NCBI GenBank assembly: GCA_040386535.1
Contig: JAZKFH010000032.1
Span: 240,710-304,709, forward strand
Reading direction: 5' to 3'
DNA from: Myxococcota bacterium
GTDB taxonomy: Bacteria; Myxococcota_A; UBA796; SXON01
Length of the DNA: 64,000 nucleotides
How positions within the stretch are numbered: the first letter of the stretch is position 1; each line of letters starts with the position of its first letter. The position numbers were made by a program, and so were the translations under genes. Below are positions 9,060-17,698 of the stretch, in pieces. The notes beneath the pieces are model-generated. The model was not told the origin of the DNA. It searched no databases and was given only the letters and a program-made list of their open reading frames with translations.

Positions 9060-9962
9060 TCACTCACTCCACGGCCCCCCGGCGGGCCACGCGGCCCCGA
9101 GCACGGGCGCGTGGGCCGATCCGACCGGCCAGAGAAACTCCATGTTTACCTTGACGACGTCGTCGAGCGAGACGCTGCCGGACACGCGAGCCTTCCTGGC
9201 GAACGCCTGCCACTGGACGGCCTTCCCGGCGTCGGCGGCGAACTCCTGGGTCAGGGCGACCGGCGGCTCGGAGGGCAGCGGCGTTTCGCGACGCTGGAAA
9301 GTGGCGCGGATCGCGGCGGCGAGGCGATCGCCGTCGAACGCGAACGTCATCGCGAGGTACCACACGTCGTAGAAGTCCTTCATCCGGCTGTTGGTGATCC
9401 CGAGGGTCGCCATCGCGGCGTACTTTTCCGCGATGGCCACCTCTCGCGGGTAGGCGCGCATCGCCGTGACGGGCAGGCCGGCGAGCAGGCAGGGCACAGT
9501 CGTGCGCTCGGGCGCCGGCAGGACGGAGTCGCCAAACCCGACGTCCACCTGCATGTTCAGCCGGGCGTTCGCCAGCTTGCCCCGGATGAGGATGCGGATC
9601 CCCCCGTAGTGGATCTCTTTGCGGATCGACTCGCTGCGGACGGAGGACGGGTCAAACACGAGTCCATCCTCGGGGATCTCGATGGCGGCGACCTCGCGGA
9701 ACACCGCTTCCATGTGCTCTGCCGACGCATCGCCGTAGCCGAGCAGATCGATGTCCTTCGTCGCGCGGTGCGGCTTTCCCGTCCAGATGGTGAAGAGCGT
9801 CGCGCCCTTGAGCACGAACTGGTCCGCGTGCGGCGATCGGGCCAGGCGGCACAGGAGCCGCTCGTTCGCGTACTCGTCGAGGAGGGTCTGGAAGTCACCG
9901 CCGCGCGTAGCGATGAGGTTGGCGAGCCGGGCACGGACGGATGCCGCCGAGTTCGTGGTCAT
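9060..9962 (-). CDS. abiEii: Type IV TA toxin, AbiEii/AbiGii nucleotidyltransferase
   Basis: FVLKGATLF...HRATKDIDL, DVGFGD, IAEK...NSRMKDFYD motifs. ATGA-coupled to the antitoxin. Confidence 0.92.
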   Translation of the reverse strand: MTTNSAASVRARLANLIATRGGDFQTLLDEYANERLLCRLARSPHADQFVLKGATLFTIWTGKPHRATKDIDLLGYGDASAEHMEAVFREVAAIEIPEDGLVFDPSSVRSESIRKEIHYGGIRILIRGKLANARLNMQVDVGFGDSVLPAPERTTVPCLLAGLPVTAMRAYPREVAIAEKYAAMATLGITNSRMKDFYDVWYLAMTFAFDGDRLAAAIRATFQRRETPLPSEPPVALTQEFAADAGKAVQWQAFARKARVSGSVSLDDVVKVNMEFLWPVGSAHAPVLGAAWPAGGPWSE

Positions 9963-10570
9963 GACAGGGCCTCGAGGTACGGGCGGAGTACGGACCAGAC
10001 GCGGACGCGGCGTGCGCAACGCCAGAGTTCATCCCTGCACGACGGCTGACGCCGCAGGAGGTCGCGAAGGGCCTCAAGGGCGACATCCAGCCCCACGGCC
10101 GAGCGGTGGCGGAAGCACTCGGCGACCGTCCGTATTGCGCTGTACACGCGCACGTGCACGCCCTCGACGACGTGCTCCTCTATGTCCGCGCCGTACAGCG
10201 CCGGGGACGCGGTGATGACGCGCAGCCGGGTGCTGCCGACCGAGGCGGGCCGCCATGCTTCCCGAGGGAGCATCACCCACACCTCGCTGGGGTTCTGCGT
10301 CGTGAGTTCGTGGTACCGAAGCGCGGACAGCAGGCAGACCACCGCGGCGGGCACCCGGCGGGAGACCTCCGCGAGCGTGTGATGCTCGGTCAGCTCGGCG
10401 TCGGGATGCGTGTAGGTGCCGCGGCCTGTCTGGATGAGAAGGCCGCGGTGGACGAGTCGGGAGAGGTAGGCACGCGGGATCGCGGCCTCGTCCAGGTCGG
10501 ACGCACGGATGACCCCGCGCTCTCGGGCGAGGGCGAGGAGCTGGTCGACCTTCGTGCTCGCGTGGGCCAT
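9959..10570 (-). CDS. abiEi: Type IV TA antitoxin AbiEi (winged-HTH transcriptional regulator)
   Basis: LSRLVHRGLLIQTGRGTY wHTH, CLLSALRYHELTTQNP, VYSAIRTVAECF. Confidence 0.92.
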   Translation of the reverse strand: MAHASTKVDQLLALARERGVIRASDLDEAAIPRAYLSRLVHRGLLIQTGRGTYTHPDAELTEHHTLAEVSRRVPAAVVCLLSALRYHELTTQNPSEVWVMLPREAWRPASVGSTRLRVITASPALYGADIEEHVVEGVHVRVYSAIRTVAECFRHRSAVGLDVALEALRDLLRRQPSCRDELWRCARRVRVWSVLRPYLEALS

Positions 10571-10674
10571 GATACGAAAGCTTATCACATCGACGACACT
10601 ATGGATGATTCGTATCCATCGGCTGGCTACGGTCCCGCCACGACTGACTCTATGTAGAGAGGATTCGTATCATG
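10568..10674 (-). promoter_or_regulatory. abiE promoter/operator: extended -10 and inverted repeats
   Basis: Minus strand TGaTAAGCT lies 8 nt before the ATG. GATACGAA (10571-10578) is inverted at 10609-10616, and CATGATACGAA (10568-10578) is inverted at 10664-10674. Confidence 0.65.
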
Positions 10675-11107
10675 AATGGTTCGCACTCTCCATGGGGCCT
10701 ACACCGACCCGTCCCCGCATAGACGCGTGCGACCGGCAAGCCGGTGCCCGGGCTGCGTCGCCCCTTTGGCCCGTGAGGAGGAGCGGCTTGTGCTGGAGAG
10801 CCACGAGACGGCGGTAGTGGGGGATGCGGCCGTCGAGGCTCGGGTGGACCTGCCACCGGTGGTCGGGCCGCTCCGGCTGAACGGCCGCGACGGAGCCAGG
10901 CGGGCCGCTGCCCCTGGTCTCTGGCCTGAGCCGTACAATTCAAGCGCCGTCCCCCAAACGGTCCAACCTCCCATATCTCGAAGCTACCCCTGCTTGATCA
11001 AGTTCGAACCGCCCCGTTCAGCCCACCCTCGCCTCGCGCGCGCCGTCGGGGAAGACCACGGGGAAGATCTCCATTTGTACCCGTTCTTCCTCATCCGGGG
11101 ACGGCAA

Positions 11108-11180
11108 GAAAGCCGGCGTTCCCCCACGTAGCCCCGTCCGCCCCACGGACGACCCCTACTTGATGGAATCGCCGGCTTTC
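11108..11180. repeat. Nested hairpin with internal GTAG...CTAC REP-like palindrome
   Basis: GAAAGCCGGCG-TTCC ... GGAA-T-CGCCGGCTTTC outer stem and inner GTCCG/CGGAC stem, just past the immunity gene stop. Confidence 0.6.
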
Positions 11181-11184
11181 CTCG

Positions 11185-11661
11185 TTACAGCGCCTTCTCG
11201 GCTCGTTCCGCCGCATTCAAGCGAGCCGCCAGCTGCATCAGCGAATCGCCTGCGCTTCTATGAGTCCCCCGCCGCCCGGGCGCGGACCACCTCGGCCGCG
11301 GACGAAGCGCGGGCCAGGCCTGGGGCGCGGTCGCCTCGACGAAGTCGAACAGGTCCGCGAGGAGCGCGTCCATCTCGGCGCGGCTGAGCACCACCGAGGC
11401 GTCCCGGAAGGTCCCGGTGACGAGGACTCCCTCGAAGGGCTCGTCGTCCGGGTCCCGGTCGTCGTGGTAGCCGCTGTGGGCAGGCTCGTGGCCAAAACCT
11501 ACCTGCCGCGCGGCGCAATCCGCGAGGACGGGCAGGCGTGACCACGTCAACATTCCCAGCCAATCCTCGAGGATCTCCGCGCCTTCCCCCGAGGTGGACA
11601 CCGCGCACACGCGGCTCGGGTAGGTCGAGGGCGAGAAGCGGACACGAGATTGGCGAGTCAT
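11185..11661 (-). CDS. CdiI-like immunity protein (C-terminus possibly frameshifted)
   Basis: GFGHE...YHDDRDPDDEPFEGV...VVLS pattern recalls immunity proteins of EndoU-type CDI RNase toxins. Starts 10 nt after the toxin remnant stop. Confidence 0.6.
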   Translation of the reverse strand: MTRQSRVRFSPSTYPSRVCAVSTSGEGAEILEDWLGMLTWSRLPVLADCAARQVGFGHEPAHSGYHDDRDPDDEPFEGVLVTGTFRDASVVLSRAEMDALLADLFDFVEATAPQAWPALRPRPRWSAPGRRGTHRSAGDSLMQLAARLNAAERAEKAL

Positions 11662-11670
11662 TCCGGGCGC

Positions 11671-12045
11671 CTACAGGACGGGAGTCGATCTGGTCGTTGC
11701 GGAAGAAGACCTCCCAGTTGTAGCCTCCCGCGGTCACTGGCGGGCCTCCACCCGGGGCCTTGGGGAACGTCATGTTCTTGATCAGGCCGTCCAACGCCGT
11801 CGTGAGGTCCGCTTCCAACCCGGACCACCGTGTCGCGAGATTCCTGCAGTGTCGTCTTGGTGTGGACGGCGGGCTTCGGATCGCTGCCGTCGACCGTCAT
11901 CAGGGAGTAGCTGAACTCCGTGAGATCGCCCGAGGGGTTCTGGCTGTGGATGTGCACCCTGGGGGGCACGGTGTGGACGCAGGTGGCGAGGAAGTTCGCG
12001 GTGTCGTGGCACCCGCTGATCTTGTGGTTCTTCACCCCGTGTCCT
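11671..12045 (-). pseudogene. Orphan EndoU/CDI-like nuclease toxin C-terminal domain, two frameshifts
   Basis: KISGCH...F...EFSYSL...DG...TKTTLQ, then in a shifted frame NLATRW...GGYNWEVFFRNDQID, then in a third frame PVL-stop (TAG 11673-11671). No carrier N-terminus. Confidence 0.6.
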
Positions 12046-12075
12046 GACTCGGAACGAATCCGGAGCCCGTCCAGC
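12046..12075. repeat. 30-bp direct repeat, copy 2
   Basis: Identical to 8115-8144 and abuts the start of the toxin remnant. Confidence 0.95.
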
Positions 12076-12283
12076 TCCTTCCCCAAAACGTGAACCTCCC
12101 CGTGAACCCCGCACGGTGCAGACGAGTACCGGCTCTCCGACGAGGAAAGCAAGCATGCTCGCGCCTCCATCGTACAACCGGCCGCGGTAGGCCCAGCCAC
12201 GCGGCCAGCCCGCTCTCGAAGCGGATGCGCGTTAGGTCGCCCTTGCCCTCGCCGTCATGCGACGCGCGGTTCGCCGGATCGCG

Positions 12284-15200
12284 ATGCCAACCGACCTCTC
12301 CCCTCCCGACTGCCCCTTCTGCGCCCCCTCGGGCATCGCAACCGTCGCCGAGAACCTCCTCGCCTTCGCCTTCCGCGACCGCTACCCCGTCTCCCCCGGT
12401 CACACCCTCGTCGTCACCCGGCGCCACGTCTCCGACTTCTTCGGCTGCACGGTCGAGGAGCGCGCAGCCCTCCTCGACCTCGTCGATCGCGTCAAGGCCG
12501 ACCTCGACGTCGAGCTTCACCCGGACGCCTACAACGTAGGCTTCAACGCAGGCGAGGCCGCGGGCCAGACGGTGATGCACGTCCACGTGCATGTCATCCC
12601 CCGCTTCCATGGCGACGTCGAGGATCCGCGCGGCGGCGTTCGCTACGTGGTGCCCGACAAGGCGAACTACCTGCGCCAGCGCGCCGAGATCCTTCCGGAC
12701 GGCGACCTGGGCGGCAGCTTCTACCTCGCGCTCGCACCGCTGCTCGCTCGGGCCACCCGCATCGACATCCTCGCCGCGTTCGTCCAGGACAGCGGCCTGG
12801 CGCTGATCGAGCCCGCCGTGCAGGAGGCGCTCACACGCGGCGCGCGGCTGCGCATCCTGACGGGCGACTACCTCGACATCACCCAGGTCGACGCGCTGCG
12901 ACGGTTGGCGGATTGGGCCGCGGCCACAGCGGCCGAGCGCGGCGCGGACACCGATGCCCTGGCCATCGCGGGGGACCTTCACGCCCGAGTGATCGAGACG
13001 AGACACTTGGGTGGGCGCTCGTTCCATCCCAAGGCATGGCACCTGCAGGGCGAGGATTTTGGTGTCACGTTCGTCGGCAGCAGCAACCTTTCGAAGTCGG
13101 CGCTGCACGACGGGATCGAGTGGAACCTCCGCGTCGATCGGCACCATGATCGGGCGGCGTGGTCGCGGGTGGCCGCCTCCTACGAGCGCCTGTGGTCGGC
13201 CGCGCGGATCATCGACGCCGACTGGATCGCCGGGTACGCCGCTCGGGTCCGGTTGCGACCGCGTCCGCTCCCCCTTGGGGAGGTTGCGGACCAGCCGGCC
13301 GTCGCGCTCCCGGACCCCACGGGCCTGCAGAGGGAAGCGCTCGATGCGCTGGCGGCGAGCCGCCAGGAGAATCGCAGACGAGCGCTCGTCGTCATGGCAA
13401 CCGGGCTCGGAAAGACCGTCCTCGCCGCCCTCGACATCGCGTCGGTCGCGCGCGAGCGAGGGGCAGCTCCGTCGGTGTTGTGGATCGCCCATCGGCGCGA
13501 GCTGCTCGAACAGGCGGCGAGCACCCTCCGCCGCGGCCTGACCGACGCCCGCTTCGCGTGGATGCTCGGCGGCGAGCGGCCCGAAGAGCCGTTCGACGTG
13601 CTCTTCGCATCGGTCCAGACGATTGCCCGCCCGGCGACCCTCGCCTCGCTGACCGCGGATCGCTTCGACTACATCGTCGTCGACGAGGTGCATCACGCCG
13701 ACGCCCCGTCCTACCGCCGCATCCTCGCCCACTTCTCTCCGGCGTTCCTGCTCGGCCTCACCGCGACACCCGAACGTGCCGATGGTGGCGATGTTCCCGG
13801 CCTGTTCGACGACCATGTCCCCTACCGCGCCGACGTCGGCACCGGGATCGGCGAGGATCTGCTGGTCCCGTTCGCGTACTTCGGCCTCGCGGACACGACC
13901 GACTACCGGCCGATCTCCTGGCGTAGCGGTCGGTTCGACGTCGCCGAGCTGTCGACCGCTCTCGAGACCCAGGCGCGGATGGAGAAGCTCTGGGCCGCCT
14001 GGAACGAGCCCGGCAGGTCCGGCTCGCGAACGATGGTGTTCTGCGCGTCCGTCGCCCACGCCGGGTTCGTGCGCGACTGGCTCGGGGCACGCGGCGTGCG
14101 CGTACGCCTCTGCCACGGCGGCCGGGGCTCCGACGACCGCACCGCGGCGTTGCAGGACCTCGAAGCGGGGCGAATCGACGCGATCTGCAGCGTCGACCTG
14201 TTCAACGAGGGGATCGACTGTCGCCCGCTCGATCGGGTCGTCATGCTGCGCCCGACCGAGTCGCCCGTCCTGTTCCTCCAACAGTTGGGCCGCGGACTCC
14301 GGAAGGCCGAGGGCAAGGCACGACTGGTCGTGATCGACTTCGTCGGGAACCACAAGGTCTTCCTCGACCGCGTGCGCACGCTGTTGAGCCTGGGAGGGGG
14401 CGAGGCTTCGCTGCAGGCGTTCGTGGCGCGTGGTGTCACCCAACTCCCGCCCAACTGCTCCCTCGACTTCGAGCTCGAAGCGATCGACCTGCTCAGACGG
14501 CTCCTGCCGGCCGGTGGCGGCGCCAGCGCCCTGGTCGCGGCGTACCGGGAGCTGCGCGCCGCGCGTGGCGAGCGTCCGATGGCAGGCGAGCTGGTGCGGC
14601 GCGGGTACACACTTGGTTCGCTGCTGACCGGCCACCAAGGTTGGTTTGGTTTCCTGGCCGCGGAAGGCGACCTGACAACCGTCGAGGCCTCGGTCGCCAC
14701 GACGGCCGGCGCATGGCTGCGCGAAGTGCAGTCCACGCCGATGACGAAGTGCTTCAAGATGGTCGTCCTCGAGGTGCTCCTCGACGCGGACGCGCTGCTC
14801 GACGGCATGGACCTCGCCGATCTCGCGGCGCGCTCGCACGACCTCTTGGTCCGGTCCCCCGAGCTGTTCGAAGACCTCGACGGCGTCCAGAACCTCGAAG
14901 ACGCCCAGCACCCTGAGCCGAAGCTGTGGGCGGCGTACTGGCGGAAGAACCCCATCGCGGCGTGGTGCAACGGCCCCTGGTTCAAGCTCGATGGGACACG
15001 GCTTGTCTCCCGCCTGCCCTCCGCGGACGTGGAGACGCTCGCTGCGATGACCCGTGAGTTGGTGGACGCTCGCCTGGCGACCTATCGGCGGCGGCGAGAA
15101 GGGGGCGGCGAGGCGGTGGACGCGAAGGTCTCGTGGAACCAGCGCGACCCAATCCTGTTCCTCCCCACCGGCGCCCGGCGCGACCGGCTGCCCACCGGCG

Positions 15201-16576
15201 ATGTCGATGTCCGCATGCCCGACGGTGCCCCGTGGCGCTTCCGGTTCGCCAAGGTCGCGGTCAACGTGGCCCACCCGGTCGGACGCGACCGCAACGAGCT
15301 CCCCGACCTGCTGCGGCGCTGGTTCGGGCCACAGGCGGGCCGGCCGGGCACCAATTTCCGGGTGCGGTTCCGGCCCTCGCCCGACGGGTGGTGGATGGAG
15401 CCGCTCGGCGAGGTGGTGACACTGGCGACCGAGCGGGGCCGGTTCGTGGCGTTCCCGACGTTGAAGGCGGCGGCGGGGTGGAACGGCGCGGGCAACCTGG
15501 CACCCGAGGCGGGCGATGTGCTCCTCCCAGGTCCCGTCAGTGACAGGCAATTCGCCGTCCGGGTGACGGGGTCCTCGATGGACGGCGGCGTGAGTCCGCT
15601 TCACGACGGGGACTGGGCGATCTTCGAGTGGGCACGCGGCCAAGGCATCGGCACGATGGACGGCAAGGTCGCGCTGGTCGCCATCGGCGCCGAGGACGAG
15701 GGAACGGAGTTCCACATCAAGCGCGTGATCCGCGGGGCGGACGGGTACACGCTTCGTTCGGACAATCCCCAGGTCGCGTCTCGCCCGGCGGCCGGCGCGA
15801 TCCCGTACGCGCGACTGGTCCGGGCGGTGCGCCCCGAGGCGCTAGCTCCGGAGGAGGGGACGACGCTGACCGACCTCGCCATGGGGTTCGGCCTCTCCGA
15901 GACACCCACCGGCACGGCCGCGCGGGTAGACGGACACCTGTTTCTCCTCGCCGAGGGGCGCGACGTGCTGACTGGGCCCGACCGCTGGACCGTCCGCGTG
16001 CCGGACCGGCGCCCTGGAGAGACGGCGTTCGTGCTGGGCCGGTCCGAGGCAGAAGCGTCTTGGACCTACCTCGGCGTGGGGCGCTGGCTCGACGAGGAGT
16101 CCGCCTGGGCGTTTCGAGATCCCCCGGTCGGGATCTGGCGCACCCTGTCCTCGGGTCGCGTCGCATCACGCACGCTGCCCCGGATGTGGAGGGATGCGGC
16201 GGTTCGTCTCACGGAGGCAGCGCCGGCGCAGCTCGCCGACGTGTGGCTGGAGCGCGGGAACCAGCGCGGTCGCGTGGTCGGGCGCGCCCCGCACGGCGGC
16301 CTGCGTGTGGACGGCGGTGACGGCGGCTTCGCCGAGCGGACGGTCTCCTTGCTCGACCTCGGCTGGGCCCTCGCCGCCGAAGCGGACGTTCGGCAGAAGG
16401 GCGGCGTCCTGGACGAGGCGCGGGTGAACCGCGTGCGCTACCTCGACGGGACCGCGAAAGGCGCGACCCGGTGGATCGACACCGGGTGGGCGCTGGCAAT
16501 CCTCGCGGCCCTGCACGCCCATCCCGCCGAGTCGTTACCATGCCCAGTTACGAACCCGCACGGGCCCGTACTGTAG
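12284..16576 (+). CDS. HIT hydrolase - PLD nuclease - SF2 helicase - S24/LexA-like peptidase multidomain protein (SauUSI-like core, putative defence)
   Basis: CPFC and HVHVH (HIT); FHPK...GSSNLS...EWN (PLD); ATGLGKT, DEVHH, TAT, QQLGRGLR (SF2); KAAAG...VTGSSM...DGD...IKR...LRSDNP (S24). Confidence 0.88.
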   Translation: MPTDLSPPDCPFCAPSGIATVAENLLAFAFRDRYPVSPGHTLVVTRRHVSDFFGCTVEERAALLDLVDRVKADLDVELHPDAYNVGFNAGEAAGQTVMHVHVHVIPRFHGDVEDPRGGVRYVVPDKANYLRQRAEILPDGDLGGSFYLALAPLLARATRIDILAAFVQDSGLALIEPAVQEALTRGARLRILTGDYLDITQVDALRRLADWAAATAAERGADTDALAIAGDLHARVIETRHLGGRSFHPKAWHLQGEDFGVTFVGSSNLSKSALHDGIEWNLRVDRHHDRAAWSRVAASYERLWSAARIIDADWIAGYAARVRLRPRPLPLGEVADQPAVALPDPTGLQREALDALAASRQENRRRALVVMATGLGKTVLAALDIASVARERGAAPSVLWIAHRRELLEQAASTLRRGLTDARFAWMLGGERPEEPFDVLFASVQTIARPATLASLTADRFDYIVVDEVHHADAPSYRRILAHFSPAFLLGLTATPERADGGDVPGLFDDHVPYRADVGTGIGEDLLVPFAYFGLADTTDYRPISWRSGRFDVAELSTALETQARMEKLWAAWNEPGRSGSRTMVFCASVAHAGFVRDWLGARGVRVRLCHGGRGSDDRTAALQDLEAGRIDAICSVDLFNEGIDCRPLDRVVMLRPTESPVLFLQQLGRGLRKAEGKARLVVIDFVGNHKVFLDRVRTLLSLGGGEASLQAFVARGVTQLPPNCSLDFELEAIDLLRRLLPAGGGASALVAAYRELRAARGERPMAGELVRRGYTLGSLLTGHQGWFGFLAAEGDLTTVEASVATTAGAWLREVQSTPMTKCFKMVVLEVLLDADALLDGMDLADLAARSHDLLVRSPELFEDLDGVQNLEDAQHPEPKLWAAYWRKNPIAAWCNGPWFKLDGTRLVSRLPSADVETLAAMTRELVDARLATYRRRREGGGEAVDAKVSWNQRDPILFLPTGARRDRLPTGDVDVRMPDGAPWRFRFAKVAVNVAHPVGRDRNELPDLLRRWFGPQAGRPGTNFRVRFRPSPDGWWMEPLGEVVTLATERGRFVAFPTLKAAAGWNGAGNLAPEAGDVLLPGPVSDRQFAVRVTGSSMDGGVSPLHDGDWAIFEWARGQGIGTMDGKVALVAIGAEDEGTEFHIKRVIRGADGYTLRSDNPQVASRPAAGAIPYARLVRAVRPEALAPEEGTTLTDLAMGFGLSETPTGTAARVDGHLFLLAEGRDVLTGPDRWTVRVPDRRPGETAFVLGRSEAEASWTYLGVGRWLDEESAWAFRDPPVGIWRTLSSGRVASRTLPRMWRDAAVRLTEAAPAQLADVWLERGNQRGRVVGRAPHGGLRVDGGDGGFAERTVSLLDLGWALAAEADVRQKGGVLDEARVNRVRYLDGTAKGATRWIDTGWALAILAALHAHPAESLPCPVTNPHGPVL

Positions 16577-16860
16577 GCGCTGGATGAACCGGAACACCCC
16601 GAGGATCGCCAGGAGCGGCGCGACCAACGCCAGCAGTGCCCAGGCGAGCGCGGGGATCTCCACGATCCGGGTGACGGGCCCGTGGGCGGCGAACACGCCG
16701 GCGCACGTGACACGCCCTCGGACGTCGCGACCAAATTCGGGTCGAGCGCGAGGGAGGCGAGGAAGCGGCGACGTTCGCGGGTCCCCAGCAAGATCGCGCC
16801 GGCGGCGCCGAGGGAGAGCACCATCTCGCCGACGACGAACCACGCCACGACGCTCACGAT
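16535..16860 (-). pseudogene. Frameshifted membrane-protein fragment
   Basis: Two hydrophobic segments in different frames (IVSVVAWFVVGEMVLSLG...; IPALAWALLALVAPLLAILGVF). Confidence 0.35.
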
Positions 16861-16908
16861 CGCCCGCCGAGACGCTTGGAAGGTAACACCGCCTCGAGGT
16901 CCAACCCC

Positions 16909-17463
16909 ATGCCCCCCCAACTCCAAACCCCCCGCACTCTCCTTCGCCTCGCCACCGCCAACGACGCCGATCGCGTATTGGCATACTGGCGCGCGAACGG
17001 CCACCGGTACTCCCCCGCCATCCCGCAACACCTCCTCACCGACACAGCAGAGTGGGTCACGCGCGGCGAGGCGGCGGAGGAGGCGTTCACCGCGGGCACC
17101 GCGCTCAAGCTCTACGTGTTCGAGCACGACGAGCGCGCCGTGATCGGCACCGTGGCGTTCACCGACATCCAGCGGGCGTGGTGGCACCGGTGCGCGCTCG
17201 GGTACGGCGTGGCTGGGACACACGAGGGGCGCGGCGTGATGTTCGAGGCGGTGCAGGCCGCCATCCGGTTCGTGTTCGACGAGCTCGACCTGCGGCGCAT
17301 TGACGCAAACCACGACGTGGCGAACGTCCGCAGCGGGGCGTTGTTGGCCCGGCTCGGCTTCGAGCGCGAGGGTGTGTCACGCCAACACATGTGGATCGAC
17401 GGGGCGTTTCGGGACCACGTGCGCACGAGCCTGCTCAACCCAAGCTGGCGGCCCACGGACTGA
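16909..17463 (+). CDS. GNAT acetyltransferase, RimJ/RimL family
   Basis: LQTPRTLLR, LGY...HEGRGVMFEA, NVRSGALLARLGFEREG...DH. Confidence 0.9.
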   Translation: MPPQLQTPRTLLRLATANDADRVLAYWRANGHRYSPAIPQHLLTDTAEWVTRGEAAEEAFTAGTALKLYVFEHDERAVIGTVAFTDIQRAWWHRCALGYGVAGTHEGRGVMFEAVQAAIRFVFDELDLRRIDANHDVANVRSGALLARLGFEREGVSRQHMWIDGAFRDHVRTSLLNPSWRPTD

Positions 17464-17619
17464 CAGACGCCCGTGGCGGTGGATTGGGCGCCCAGGGCCC
17501 CCCTCCCCGCTCGGCGCAGAGCGCCTCGGTCCGCCCGAAGCGGGCGGGACCGCCGGGCGCGGCGCCCGGCGCGGTCCGGTCGGCCGGGCGCGAAAAACGG
17601 ACACGATTCGACGCCCCAC

Positions 17620-17650
17620 CGATGAGTCCTGCCCCGCGCCCCGGTCCAAT
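17620..17650 (+). promoter_or_regulatory. Candidate ECF sigma promoter (SigG-like) for the VOC gene
   Basis: CGATGA-N18-GTCCAAT, 49 nt upstream of the ATG. Confidence 0.5.
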
Positions 17651-17698
17651 GAGCGGGGAGTCCCTCTCGACCCCTCCAACCACCCCACGGGAGCCACG

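Noticed and set aside
12172..12237. attC-like site (GTACAAC...GTTAGGT) upstream of the helicase gene
   Set aside because: R boxes poorly complementary, no convincing L boxes, no integron integrase or second site.
12209..12238. Third copy of the repeat at peptide level (DLTRIRFESG vs DGLRIRSESG)
   Set aside because: Nucleotide match is weak and it lies in a shadow frame; cannot be distinguished from chance.
12032..15715. 1227-aa minus-strand ORF
   Set aside because: Antisense shadow of the helicase fusion.
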